Below are positions 55,707-64,000 of a stretch of DNA of 64,000 nucleotides, in pieces. A model generated the notes under the pieces. The model was given only the letters and a program-made list of their open reading frames with translations, was not told where the DNA came from and searched no databases. Positions within the stretch are counted from its first letter, which is position 1. Each line of letters starts with the position of its first letter. The position numbers and the translations under genes are program-made. This DNA comes from a virus. The stretch spans positions 1 to 64,000 of the IMG/VR virus record IMGVR_UViG_3300029215_000002; one strand, given 5' to 3'.

Positions 55707-55864
55707 AATTGCCTCCTTATGTGAGAGTCCTCACCCCAAATATTTTTATACGCATTTGGGTTGCGTTAGTTATTATGTATGAATATTGGTTTCCCATTTA
55801 TATAAATGGTACTTACGGTGAGAACCACGAGAAGGTTTCCAACACTCCCACCATAAGGCAAAAA

Positions 55865-56074
55865 TTAATTTGCCTTTTCGTCATCATCATCTTTGTGACG
55901 GCGTAATGATACACCTTTTTTATTTATTATTACATCGTATTCACCGTCACAGAAATCTTTCATTAGCCCTTCTGTAATAATAGATAACGGTAAACCGTAA
56001 CTATTTTTACAACACTCTTTAAATTCTTCAAAGAGTGTTTCTTCTAGGCTTATATTTACATTTTTTGTTGCCAA
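55865..56074 (-). CDS. hypothetical protein (69 aa)
   Basis: minus-strand ORF. Confidence 0.35.
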   Translation of the reverse strand: MATKNVNISLEETLFEEFKECCKNSYGLPLSIITEGLMKDFCDGEYDVIINKKGVSLRRHKDDDDEKAN

Positions 56075-56252
56075 TTAGACCACATCCTTTCAATATGTTT
56101 TTCTATTATTTTAACACAGTTTTAAAATAGTGTCAAAATGTAAATTAAAAGTCTGTAATCCGACTCAGTATTTAAGCCGTTTTAAAAGTATTTTATTCAT
56201 TGGGATTCCTCCTAGCTAGTATTCGTTTTTTATTTTTATGACGCAAAATCTC

Positions 56253-56453
56253 TTATATTGTTACACCCTTTTCTTTTAAGCATAATAATAAAAAATTGAG
56301 TGTATCCAAGTTATGGTTTTTCATAGTTGTGTACACTTCATAGATGGCATCATAATCATCCTTAAAAGCTTTTCTGATACCGTTTAAAAGCATTTCATCT
56401 ATATTGTTGTTATCAATGTCACAATAAATTATGACAAATTTTTTAATTGACAT
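56253..56453 (-). CDS. hypothetical protein (66 aa)
   Basis: minus-strand ORF; AGGAGG RBS; both conserved leader motifs upstream. Confidence 0.4.
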   Translation of the reverse strand: MSIKKFVIIYCDIDNNNIDEMLLNGIRKAFKDDYDAIYEVYTTMKNHNLDTLNFLLLCLKEKGVTI

Positions 56454-56587
56454 AATAGCCTCCTTATAGGTAATTCTACCCCTTGCATATTTTTATACGC
56501 TTGCAAGTAGCGTTAATTTTTTTGGCTTGTCATCATCAGTACACAAGTAGCCAACTTGTATAGACTAGGCATAAAGCCTAGTTTCGA

Positions 56588-56806
56588 CTATTCGTCATCT
56601 TCTAACGGTGTTTCTTTATCAGGCACAATCATACCGTCAGAATTGATTGTTGCTGTACCTACTTCTAGCACAAGATTATTTCTTGCGTATTCAAGTGCAA
56701 GTTCGTGCGTTTCAAAAATGATGATGTGTTTTTCAGCTGGCATCATATCTAATACGCACTTTTCATATTTTATATATCCGTACACTTCTAGCCCACCTCC
56801 TTTCAT
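56588..56806 (-). CDS. hypothetical protein (72 aa)
   Basis: minus-strand ORF. Confidence 0.35.
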   Translation of the reverse strand: MKGGGLEVYGYIKYEKCVLDMMPAEKHIIIFETHELALEYARNNLVLEVGTATINSDGMIVPDKETPLEDDE

Positions 56807-56879
56807 TGGACTTTATATAAAAATACGCACTATAGTTATATTAATAAATAATACATATGGTGCGTAAATTATAGCAAAA

Positions 56880-57125
56880 TTAATTTAATTCAACCATTTT
56901 TACATCGTAACCAGCCTTAAATACGCAACCAATTTTTCCATTGTAAATACGCCCAATCCATTCTAGGCGTATTAACGGTTTGTCGTTGACTTCGAAGAAA
57001 ATATCTTCAGGTAATAACTTATGCAATCCATATTTTATAGCGTGTTTTGCACACGCTAACAACAAGCTGTCTGGTGTAGTGTCTGATGTTATGACGGTTA
57101 CTGGTAATCCTAAGCAAGTTACCAT
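56880..57125 (-). CDS. hypothetical protein (81 aa)
   Basis: minus-strand ORF. Confidence 0.4.
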   Translation of the reverse strand: MVTCLGLPVTVITSDTTPDSLLLACAKHAIKYGLHKLLPEDIFFEVNDKPLIRLEWIGRIYNGKIGCVFKAGYDVKMVELN

Positions 57126-57180
57126 TTAAAGCACCTCCAATTTTTTAAATAATATTTTTAAATAATTAACTAATAGGTAA

Positions 57181-57208
57181 TAAAAAAGGACTACTAAAAA
57201 GTAGTCCA
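57181..57208 (-). terminator. rho-independent terminator (GGACTACT-aaaaa-AGTAGTCC + U-run on the minus transcript)
   Basis: 8-bp stem with an A-run on the plus strand immediately 5' (U-run 3' on the minus strand). Confidence 0.5.
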
Positions 57209-57222
57209 TAGGTTTTATAATT

Positions 57223-57621
57223 TTAAATTATAAAACCTTCATCCGTCGGCTTGTGGTTAGGTGTAATGCTTTTAACCTTTTTGCGCCTGGTAATCGTGTC
57301 GTTGGAGTGCAAGGCATTGTATTCAGTTTGTGAATATTTTACCACGCAACTACCTTGTAATTTGTTTTTATCAATCAAAGGCTTGATGAAATAGTTGTAG
57401 TAACCAGCCACGCACTTATTATGTAGGTTGAGTGTTACCCATTTATTACCAATAAGCACTTTGATATTATTGTTTGTATAATCATCAATAAGCCAAACGG
57501 ACGCTTGATTGATATTGTTGTGCATAAGGTTAAATGCACCATAGCAAGCATTTTTTGAGAATGTATAGCCGTAAAGGTTAAATTGTTTCTTTACAATATT
57601 AAATTTTTTCATATTAAACAC
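57223..57621 (-). CDS. hypothetical protein (132 aa)
   Basis: minus-strand ORF. Confidence 0.45.
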   Translation of the reverse strand: MFNMKKFNIVKKQFNLYGYTFSKNACYGAFNLMHNNINQASVWLIDDYTNNNIKVLIGNKWVTLNLHNKCVAGYYNYFIKPLIDKNKLQGSCVVKYSQTEYNALHSNDTITRRKKVKSITPNHKPTDEGFII

Positions 57622-57669
57622 TCCTTTAGTCAGATTTTTATTAATACTATTAGTTAAAATTTATTGCAC

Positions 57670-57695
57670 TAAAAAAGGGACTATAAATAGTCCCT
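57670..57695 (-). terminator. rho-independent terminator (AGGGACTAT-aa-ATAGTCCCT + U-run on the minus transcript)
   Basis: 9-bp perfect stem preceded by AAAAAA on the plus strand. Confidence 0.5.
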
Positions 57696-57702
57696 TAATA
57701 GA

Positions 57703-58449
57703 TTAGATTTCATAAAGGTTGCTATCAACCTTAGTTTGTCTATCTTTTTTAGAGTACCCTACTCTTTCACCAACGGTTGAAAGAATGACCTGTTTTATTA
57801 ACTTATTTTTACTATTCAACACTTGCTTAATGCTAAGTGTTTCGTAGTTACGAACACCTTTAGCATTAAAAGTGCCGCTTTTTGTGAACGCAACTCTCAA
57901 GATATAATCAAGAGTATTTGTTCCTAAGTTTGTTAATTTAAAATTAGAGTTATCCCCTAATCTTTCGTTAACAAATGCCATTATGTCAGTCTTGATACTT
58001 TTAGTGTCTTCGGCTGTTTTGCTATTATTAACATAATAGCTATAACAATTTTGGACTAACTCAGTAGCCCCCTTGAAAGTGACAGCCTTTAAAGGCTTGT
58101 AGCTCCAAGCTAACATCTTAGTTACGCTGTCGGCATTTTGGAAGTTTTTATAACTTCCTTTGTATTTATTTTTTATTTCTTCAAGAACTTGAAGTTCTTC
58201 TTCAAGAACTTCAAGTTTTTCCTTGTCTGTACCGGTTTTATTTTTTTCATTAGTGATATTATTTTTTGTTTCACTAATTTTTAAAGCAAGCTCAAGAGCA
58301 AATAAGCCTTCCGCGGCTTGCTTAAATTCGACTTCGTATTGATTTTTAAGATTGTTTAAACCGACTTTTTTTTCGCCGATTGTAAACAACTTAAAGTCAA
58401 TAGTTGTGATTGTAGTTGTTTTTTCAGTTGTAGTTATTGTGTTTGCCAT
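57703..58449 (-). CDS. hypothetical protein (248 aa); first gene of the minus-strand block
   Basis: minus-strand ORF with an RBS AAAGGTGG; a T-rich N-terminus (TITTTEKTTTITT). Confidence 0.5.
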   Translation of the reverse strand: MANTITTTEKTTTITTIDFKLFTIGEKKVGLNNLKNQYEVEFKQAAEGLFALELALKISETKNNITNEKNKTGTDKEKLEVLEEELQVLEEIKNKYKGSYKNFQNADSVTKMLAWSYKPLKAVTFKGATELVQNCYSYYVNNSKTAEDTKSIKTDIMAFVNERLGDNSNFKLTNLGTNTLDYILRVAFTKSGTFNAKGVRNYETLSIKQVLNSKNKLIKQVILSTVGERVGYSKKDRQTKVDSNLYEI

Positions 58450-58534
58450 AGTTATACCACCTTTTTAATTTTTAAAATTTTTTTAACAACTAGATACAAT
58501 TCGACCTTGAAAACGCAAAATGCAAAACATTATG

Positions 58535-58559
58535 CAACACAAGTATTGTACTTGTGTTG
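58535..58559. promoter_or_regulatory. Operator-like palindrome CAACACAAGTA-ttg-TACTTGTGTTG in the early promoter region
   Basis: Perfect 11-bp inverted arms about 85 nt upstream of the first minus-strand gene. A second near-palindrome TACAATATTGTA lies at 58573..58590. Confidence 0.5.
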
Positions 58560-58813
58560 TCTTTTTAAAGTTATACAATATTGTACATCATTCTTTTTTC
58601 GTTAGTTCTCCTGTACAGAAGAACCCTTTTTTGTTTCTTTTATTTTATTTTTTCTATACAGAAGAAATAAAATAGAAAAAATTATGATATAACCTATTTT
58701 CAAAGTACACTAGTTTTTCAAAAAAAAACTAGAAAAAACAAAATATGTAATTTGTAAAAAAGAATTTAAAATTTGAATTGTAAAAAATCGACATTTTAAG
58801 ATAAACAACGCAC

Positions 58814-58842
58814 TTGACAAAATAAAAACAAAGTGATATACT
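58814..58842 (+). promoter_or_regulatory. near-consensus sigma-70 promoter (TTGACA, 17 nt spacer, TATACT)
   Basis: cacTTGACAaaataaaaacaaagtgaTATACTactaac. Confidence 0.55.
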
Positions 58843-58854
58843 ACTAACTGTAGT

Positions 58855-58882
58855 GAGCTAGTGCGTCAGTACTAGTTTTTTT
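58855..58882 (+). terminator. intrinsic terminator hairpin (CTAGTGC-gtca-GTACTAG + TTTTTTT) about 10 nt downstream of the predicted TSS
   Basis: 7-bp stem (one G·U pair) followed by a 7-T run. Confidence 0.45.
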
Positions 58883-58903
58883 ACAATATTTAATTTTTTT
58901 TGA

Positions 58904-58945
58904 GAGTACAGCCTGTTTTCAAAGAGTAGCTGTACTCTTTTTTAT
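58904..58945 (+). terminator. second intrinsic terminator (GAGTACAGC...GCTGTACTC + TTTTTT)
   Basis: 9-bp perfect stem with a long loop followed by a T-run. Confidence 0.45.
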
Positions 58946-59932
58946 TCCTTATTTACAATATCTATTATAACAGATGTAAAAACATCTGTCAACTACTTTT
59001 TAATATTTTTTCTTAAAAATTCGATAAAAATATTTTTACCTTATTTACCAGTAATAACCATATAAAAATTACTGGCTATCTTTTTAATTCCTTTATATCC
59101 TACCAAAATACTATAGTATAGTGTAAAATATTGTTTTACAGTCGTTTTGGGGATAACTGGGGGTGGCAAAAACCAGAATTTAAGCATCAAAATCACCTCT
59201 AGGTATAAGCTATTTCATCCACACACCAACTCAAAAATTTACCAATTTTCCTCCACAAAAATAATCTCTCAAATCCCCTATTTTACTAACAAAAATCACG
59301 CTTTTTACTTTCAAACCACTTATCGTACACCTTATCGTTCAAACCCTTGAAAAACAGTCTTTTCAATACTAAAAATTCATAAAAATAAATAATTACCAAT
59401 TCAGAAATAATACACTAAATCATCAAATAATAAAATAAAACAGTAATCAGAACGATAACACTTTTATGTCAAAATTATCCCAAAGTTTTTAGAAGAAATT
59501 ATCAAGCAATTTTATCTTTGATATATCAAGTTAAATCCAATTATTTCCATATACAATGCTGTTAATCACACAAAATTTAATACATTTACTACATATCACT
59601 ATACTAAAACCTATATATTTTTAAGTTATTTTAAAGAAATTTTCTTAATATTTTTAAAGAAAAATAAATTAATCCCAATTAACAACTATAGATTTTTTCT
59701 TAGATTTTAATATTACATTTCTATAACTCCCCTATTTCATGTTAAACAAATTTTAAATAAAACCTCTACAAAAAATAGACCCTTTGATAAGGGTTGGTCT
59801 TTCTGAAATTATGAGCAAAGCGAATAATAGAAGAAAGAATTTTGGGATAGATATAACTTCTTATATAAACCAATTATAAATAGAGAATATATAAGTGTAA
59901 TAAAATTATTTTATCTTAAAGGAGAGAGCATA

Positions 59933-60958
59933 ATGAATGTTTATTTAGTACCTATATCAACCAATAAATCTAAAAATTTTAATTATCTTAGACTTTGTTT
60001 TGCATTTAGTGAGAAAGAAGCTTACATTCAGACAAGTAAAGAATTTCCCCTTAATGAAGTTCAATCATACAAAGAAATTCCTTATGACATTTTTGATATT
60101 AATTTTTTTAGTATAAAAGAATCTATCATCTTTAATAAATCAAAAAAATATGATATAATAAAGAAAATATATACTAAGGAGAGGATTAATATGGATATTT
60201 ATGATTATATGGATTGGGGAGACTATAATGCAAAAATCAAAGAACTTGCTGGGAAAGCCCTACCCGAAAAATGGAGTTTTGATAACAATGAAGATAATTA
60301 TATTTTAAAGAATTATTTAAAATACACTTTCAATAAACTTCAAGACGAAGGTAAAGTCATAGAGACAGAAAATTATTGTGTTTTTGATACTGGATTATTT
60401 TCTTGCTATTATGAACCAATTTATGTATATGGAGAATTAAATAAAAATAATGATGGAAATGCTGAGAAATGGTTTTTTAAAGGGTTTAAGGATAAATATG
60501 AATTAGGAGCATTAGATGTAATTAAAGATTTTCCACAAAGAGCAGATTTCTTTTCTGACCCTTCAAGATTAGTGTTCAATTGGCATTTAGAAGTAAATAA
60601 AAATTATAAACATATTCTTGATGACTTAGATACATCCCAAAGATTACCTGATTCTATTAAAAACAGTGAAAGACCTTTAGATGTATTAAAAGGAGTTATA
60701 GATACTGCTATCCAAAAAGTAATAGCAAATTATAAATTAGCAGTTCCTCATTATTATCAAAATAAAATACAATTATTAGTTCCTTTATGTTTTGGGAGAG
60801 ATGATAAACCTGATGTAGCATTAGTATTGGATTTAAAGAAAAATGGATATTATCAAGCTACCACATGTTTATCTATGGAAATGGCTTATATGGATGCAAG
60901 ATTAATAACAAAGCCAGAATCTAATTGGTTAATAGCTGAAAATATAAAAGAAGATTAA
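59933..60958 (+). CDS. hypothetical protein (341 aa); first gene of the plus-strand block
   Basis: Plus-strand ORF with an RBS AAAGGAGAGAG. The promoter-like motif AATAGAGAATATATAAGT lies about 40 nt upstream. No confident family assignment. Confidence 0.55.
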   Translation: MNVYLVPISTNKSKNFNYLRLCFAFSEKEAYIQTSKEFPLNEVQSYKEIPYDIFDINFFSIKESIIFNKSKKYDIIKKIYTKERINMDIYDYMDWGDYNAKIKELAGKALPEKWSFDNNEDNYILKNYLKYTFNKLQDEGKVIETENYCVFDTGLFSCYYEPIYVYGELNKNNDGNAEKWFFKGFKDKYELGALDVIKDFPQRADFFSDPSRLVFNWHLEVNKNYKHILDDLDTSQRLPDSIKNSERPLDVLKGVIDTAIQKVIANYKLAVPHYYQNKIQLLVPLCFGRDDKPDVALVLDLKKNGYYQATTCLSMEMAYMDARLITKPESNWLIAENIKED

Positions 60959-60985
60959 AATATAAAACAAAATAAGATTAAGTAA

Positions 60986-61017
60986 AAGACAGTTGATTTT
61001 TCACTGTCTTTTTTTAT
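60986..61017 (+). terminator. rho-independent terminator (AAGACAGT-tgattttc-ACTGTCTT + TTTTTTTA)
   Basis: 8-bp perfect stem plus a T-run, 28 nt after the stop of 59933..60958. Confidence 0.6.
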
Positions 61018-61856
61018 TGCCTATATTACAAGTTTTGGTATAAAAGAAGAAATATTTATCAAGTATAGATTAACAATAGTAAAAGTAAATAGAGAATATA
61101 CATTATAGAGACAATAATCTACTATAAAACACCAATATAAATACAGAGCACCAAATATAGCCAATATAAAAAGAGAATGTATATATGATTTACTCTAAGA
61201 AAATAAAAACAAAATTATATATAACATCTTTCTCAAAGAGAGAAATAAAGATTATAGACATAGAATCATTGATATTTAACCACTACAAAATCAAATGTAT
61301 AAATAAATTCAATGTATAAAAAGAGAAATATATTTTATCAAGATAGCTGTAATTTATTAGTTGTACTGTCAAACATGAGATTAATGATTAATAAAGAAGT
61401 TAAATATAGTTGTAATAGAAATGAAGATATAAATAGAGAATAAAGTATAGAGAATACAATAATTTTATTGCCAGTGGCACTATTGGTCATTCATTGCATG
61501 CAATGAACGCCCTTGTGTCCTGCTAAAGCAGTCCACAAATATATTTATATTATTCTTACAACTTTTTATATAGTTCTCTTTAAGCAAAATCTCTTAAAAC
61601 CCTTTATTTATAAGGCTTTTATTTTAATTTTAACTCTTTTTGATGTATAAATGATTTTACCCTATTTTATAACTAATCATTATTTTTTCCTTATTTTATA
61701 GGTAAAATATGTAAACACTTTTTTTAGAAAAAAGGAGTTAAAATTTTTATTTAAACCAAACATCAATTGATTGAATATTACAACTTTTAATAGAGAATAT
61801 ATAAATAACAGCTAAATTATTAACAAAACTAATGAACGAAAGGAAGAAACGAAAAT

Positions 61857-63095
61857 ATGAAATTTGATTGTAAAGTTAATATTGTTGATGCAATTATGGG
61901 TGCTGGTAAAACAAGTGCCATAATCAATCATATTAATAGTTCAGATGAAGATGAAAAATTCTTAGTAATCACACCATTTCTTGATGAAATAACAAGATAT
62001 AGAAAATATTGTAATAAGAAGAATTTTAAAACTCCAACATTTTTAAAAGACAACGGAAAGGCTAGTAAATTAAACGACTTAAAGAGATTAATAGATAAAG
62101 GTGATAACATTGTATCAACTCATGCTTTGTTTCAAAGATTTGATAATGAATTAATAGATTTATGTAGAGCAAAAAATTACACACTTATTATGGATGAAGT
62201 AGCAAATGTAATTGAAGAATACAATTTAAGTAAACAAGACTTTGAAATTTTAAAAAATACATATGTAGATATAAATCCTGAAACAAAACAACTTATATGG
62301 AAAGAAGACTACTCTGATTATCAAGGTAAATTTGATAATGAGAAAAGATTATGTGAATTAGGAAGTCTAGTTTGTTATGGAGACAACCTAATGGTGTGGT
62401 TATTTCCAGTAGAGACGTTTAACTCATTTAGAAATATTTATATTCTAACATATTGCTTTAATATGCAAATGCAGAAATATTATTATGACTATTATGGAAT
62501 TCAATATACTTATTGGTCTGTACAAGGTCAATCTTTAGAAGCATATCGCCTAATCCCTTATGATAGTGAGATAAAGTATAATTCTTACGATTACAATAAG
62601 TTAATTCACATTTGTGAAGTTGAAAAATTAAATATGATTGGAGATAGAGAAACTGACCTTTCCTATTCTTGGTATAACAGGAATAAAAATAACGCCTCTA
62701 TGAAAGTTCTAAAAAATAATTTGTACAACTATTTCCATAACATAAGAGAGAATAAAGCAGAGGACAATATCTGGACAACGTTTAAAGAGTATAAAGAGAT
62801 ACTTAAAGGAAAAGGATATACAAAAGGATTTCTTTCGTGTAATGCAAGAGCAACGAATGAATATAGAAACAGAACTTCAGTTGCATATACAATTAACAGA
62901 TATTTAAACCCATTCATTAAAAGTTTTTTTAAAGTGAATAATATATCAGTTGACGAAAACGGCTATGCACTCTCAGAAATGCTTCAGTTTATATGGCGTT
63001 CAGCTATTCGTGATGGGAAAGAAATATGGGTTTATATTCCAAGTATAAGAATGAGAGAACTTTTAAAACAATGGATTAAAGATAATTCTAAATAA
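61857..63095 (+). CDS. P-loop NTPase (Walker A/B; helicase-like N-terminal domain), 412 aa
   Basis: Walker A AIMGAGKTSA, motif Ia-like LVITPF, Walker B LIMDEV. No confident family assignment. Confidence 0.5.
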   Translation: MKFDCKVNIVDAIMGAGKTSAIINHINSSDEDEKFLVITPFLDEITRYRKYCNKKNFKTPTFLKDNGKASKLNDLKRLIDKGDNIVSTHALFQRFDNELIDLCRAKNYTLIMDEVANVIEEYNLSKQDFEILKNTYVDINPETKQLIWKEDYSDYQGKFDNEKRLCELGSLVCYGDNLMVWLFPVETFNSFRNIYILTYCFNMQMQKYYYDYYGIQYTYWSVQGQSLEAYRLIPYDSEIKYNSYDYNKLIHICEVEKLNMIGDRETDLSYSWYNRNKNNASMKVLKNNLYNYFHNIRENKAEDNIWTTFKEYKEILKGKGYTKGFLSCNARATNEYRNRTSVAYTINRYLNPFIKSFFKVNNISVDENGYALSEMLQFIWRSAIRDGKEIWVYIPSIRMRELLKQWIKDNSK

Positions 63096-63285
63096 GTTTA
63101 TTACTTAAACATAAAAAGAGAATAACTACATATACAACCAAATAAACTTTGGCAACTTGTCAATACAAAAGCACGCAATTGTTAAAGATTAGATGGAGAA
63201 TATAATAATGAAGCACTTAATATGTGTCTTCATCTTAAATCATAGCAGTAAAATATATTTTTATTAAAGAAAGGAAAGAAATCAA

Positions 63286-64000
63286 ATGAGAGAATTAAAA
63301 ATTGATCCTGAATTAAGAGACTTATTACCACCACTTACTAATGAAGAGTATAAACAACTTGAAAAAAATATTATAGAGAATGGTTTTGACAAAAACTTTC
63401 CAATTATGGAATGGCATGGATTTATTGTAGATGGTCATAATCGTTATTCTATTTGTAAGAAACATGGTATTGATTATGTAGTTGGTACTCTTGCTTATGA
63501 AACAAAAGAAGAAGTTATGGAATGGATGCTTGATATCCAGCTTGGTAGACGCAACTTATCCCCTATTCAAAGAATAGCAGTAGCTGAGAAGTATAGACCG
63601 ATATATGAGAGACTAGCAAGAGAGAATTTAAGATTAGCTGAAGGTGGAGATAGACGTTCAAAGGAATATATTAAAAATCAAGGTGTGGAAAATTTACCAC
63701 AGGTTGATTTTTCTAAAAAAGAACGCAATCCAACCACTTCTGAAAAATTATCAGATATAGCAGGAGTATCTGAAAAAACCTATCGTATGGGAGCAAAGGT
63801 GCTTAATTCAGATAATGAAGATATAAAACAAAGAGTATTATCAGGTGAAACTTCTATTAGTGCTGGATATAAAGAATTACAGAATGAAAGTAAGAAAACA
63901 CAGACTTCTGACAATTTAAACGGAGAATACAATAATGAACTAATCACCACAAGTTCACAAAAGGCAAAAGTTAGTGATGAAGTCAGACAAATATGTGAAG
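63286..64000 (+). CDS. ParB-like nuclease domain protein (ParB/Srx N-terminal domain), 3' end beyond the window
   Basis: LPPLTNEEYKQLEKNIIENGF...IMEWHGFIVDGHNRYSICKKHG contains the DGHHR-like ParB nuclease motif. No stop before the window end. Confidence 0.6.
   Translation, partial: MRELKIDPELRDLLPPLTNEEYKQLEKNIIENGFDKNFPIMEWHGFIVDGHNRYSICKKHGIDYVVGTLAYETKEEVMEWMLDIQLGRRNLSPIQRIAVAEKYRPIYERLARENLRLAEGGDRRSKEYIKNQGVENLPQVDFSKKERNPTTSEKLSDIAGVSEKTYRMGAKVLNSDNEDIKQRVLSGETSISAGYKELQNESKKTQTSDNLNGEYNNELITTSSQKAKVSDEVRQICE

Noticed and set aside
59147-59350. 67-aa plus-strand ORF in the G-depleted regulatory region
   Set aside because: No RBS. The composition is forced by the extreme G-depletion (T/S/P/Y/F-rich). 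The region is better explained as non-coding regulatory DNA.

Overview
This window is an AT-rich (about 30% GC) phage or phage-plasmid segment, probably from a low-GC Firmicute (Clostridia-like) host. Roughly 58 kb consists of more than 100 tightly packed minus-strand genes. A short plus-strand block begins at about 59.9 kb.

Modules I can support from the sequence:
- An NAD+ salvage/reconstitution operon: NadV/NAMPT (5' truncated at the window edge), a Prs-like pyrophosphokinase and a PncA-like nicotinamidase.
- Accessory enzymes: a ClpP-like protease and a DHH/DHHA1 phosphoesterase.
- A replication/recombination module: DnaE-type Pol III alpha, a Cas4-like PD-(D/E)XK exonuclease, a DnaG-DnaB primase-helicase, SSB and a Sak4-like ATPase.
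- A phage-encoded tRNA-Gln(UUG).
- An SPFH/band-7 membrane protein and a DUF262 (DGLQR) ParB-like nuclease-domain protein.
- An immunity-like region: a sigma factor, an XRE regulator, an RHH protein with a palindromic operator, a MazF/PemK-like toxin, and a LexA/CI-type S24 repressor on the plus strand.
- A replication initiator with internal iterons, followed by a small tyrosine recombinase.
- A degenerate IS607-like element with an intact TnpB and a frameshifted TnpA HTH stub, plus a second truncated TnpB.
- A long run of small acidic ORFs (41-57 kb). One has an in-frame TGA and another looks frameshifted.
- A 1.5 kb G-depleted regulatory hub at 58.4-59.9 kb with operators, a promoter and tandem terminators.

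Three kinds of sequence motif recur. An AGAGAATAT promoter-like motif occurs at nine or more sites on both strands. Two families of conserved hairpins in the 53-57 kb region show compensatory stem changes.

All homology calls rest on motif-level recognition by eye. I ran no searches.
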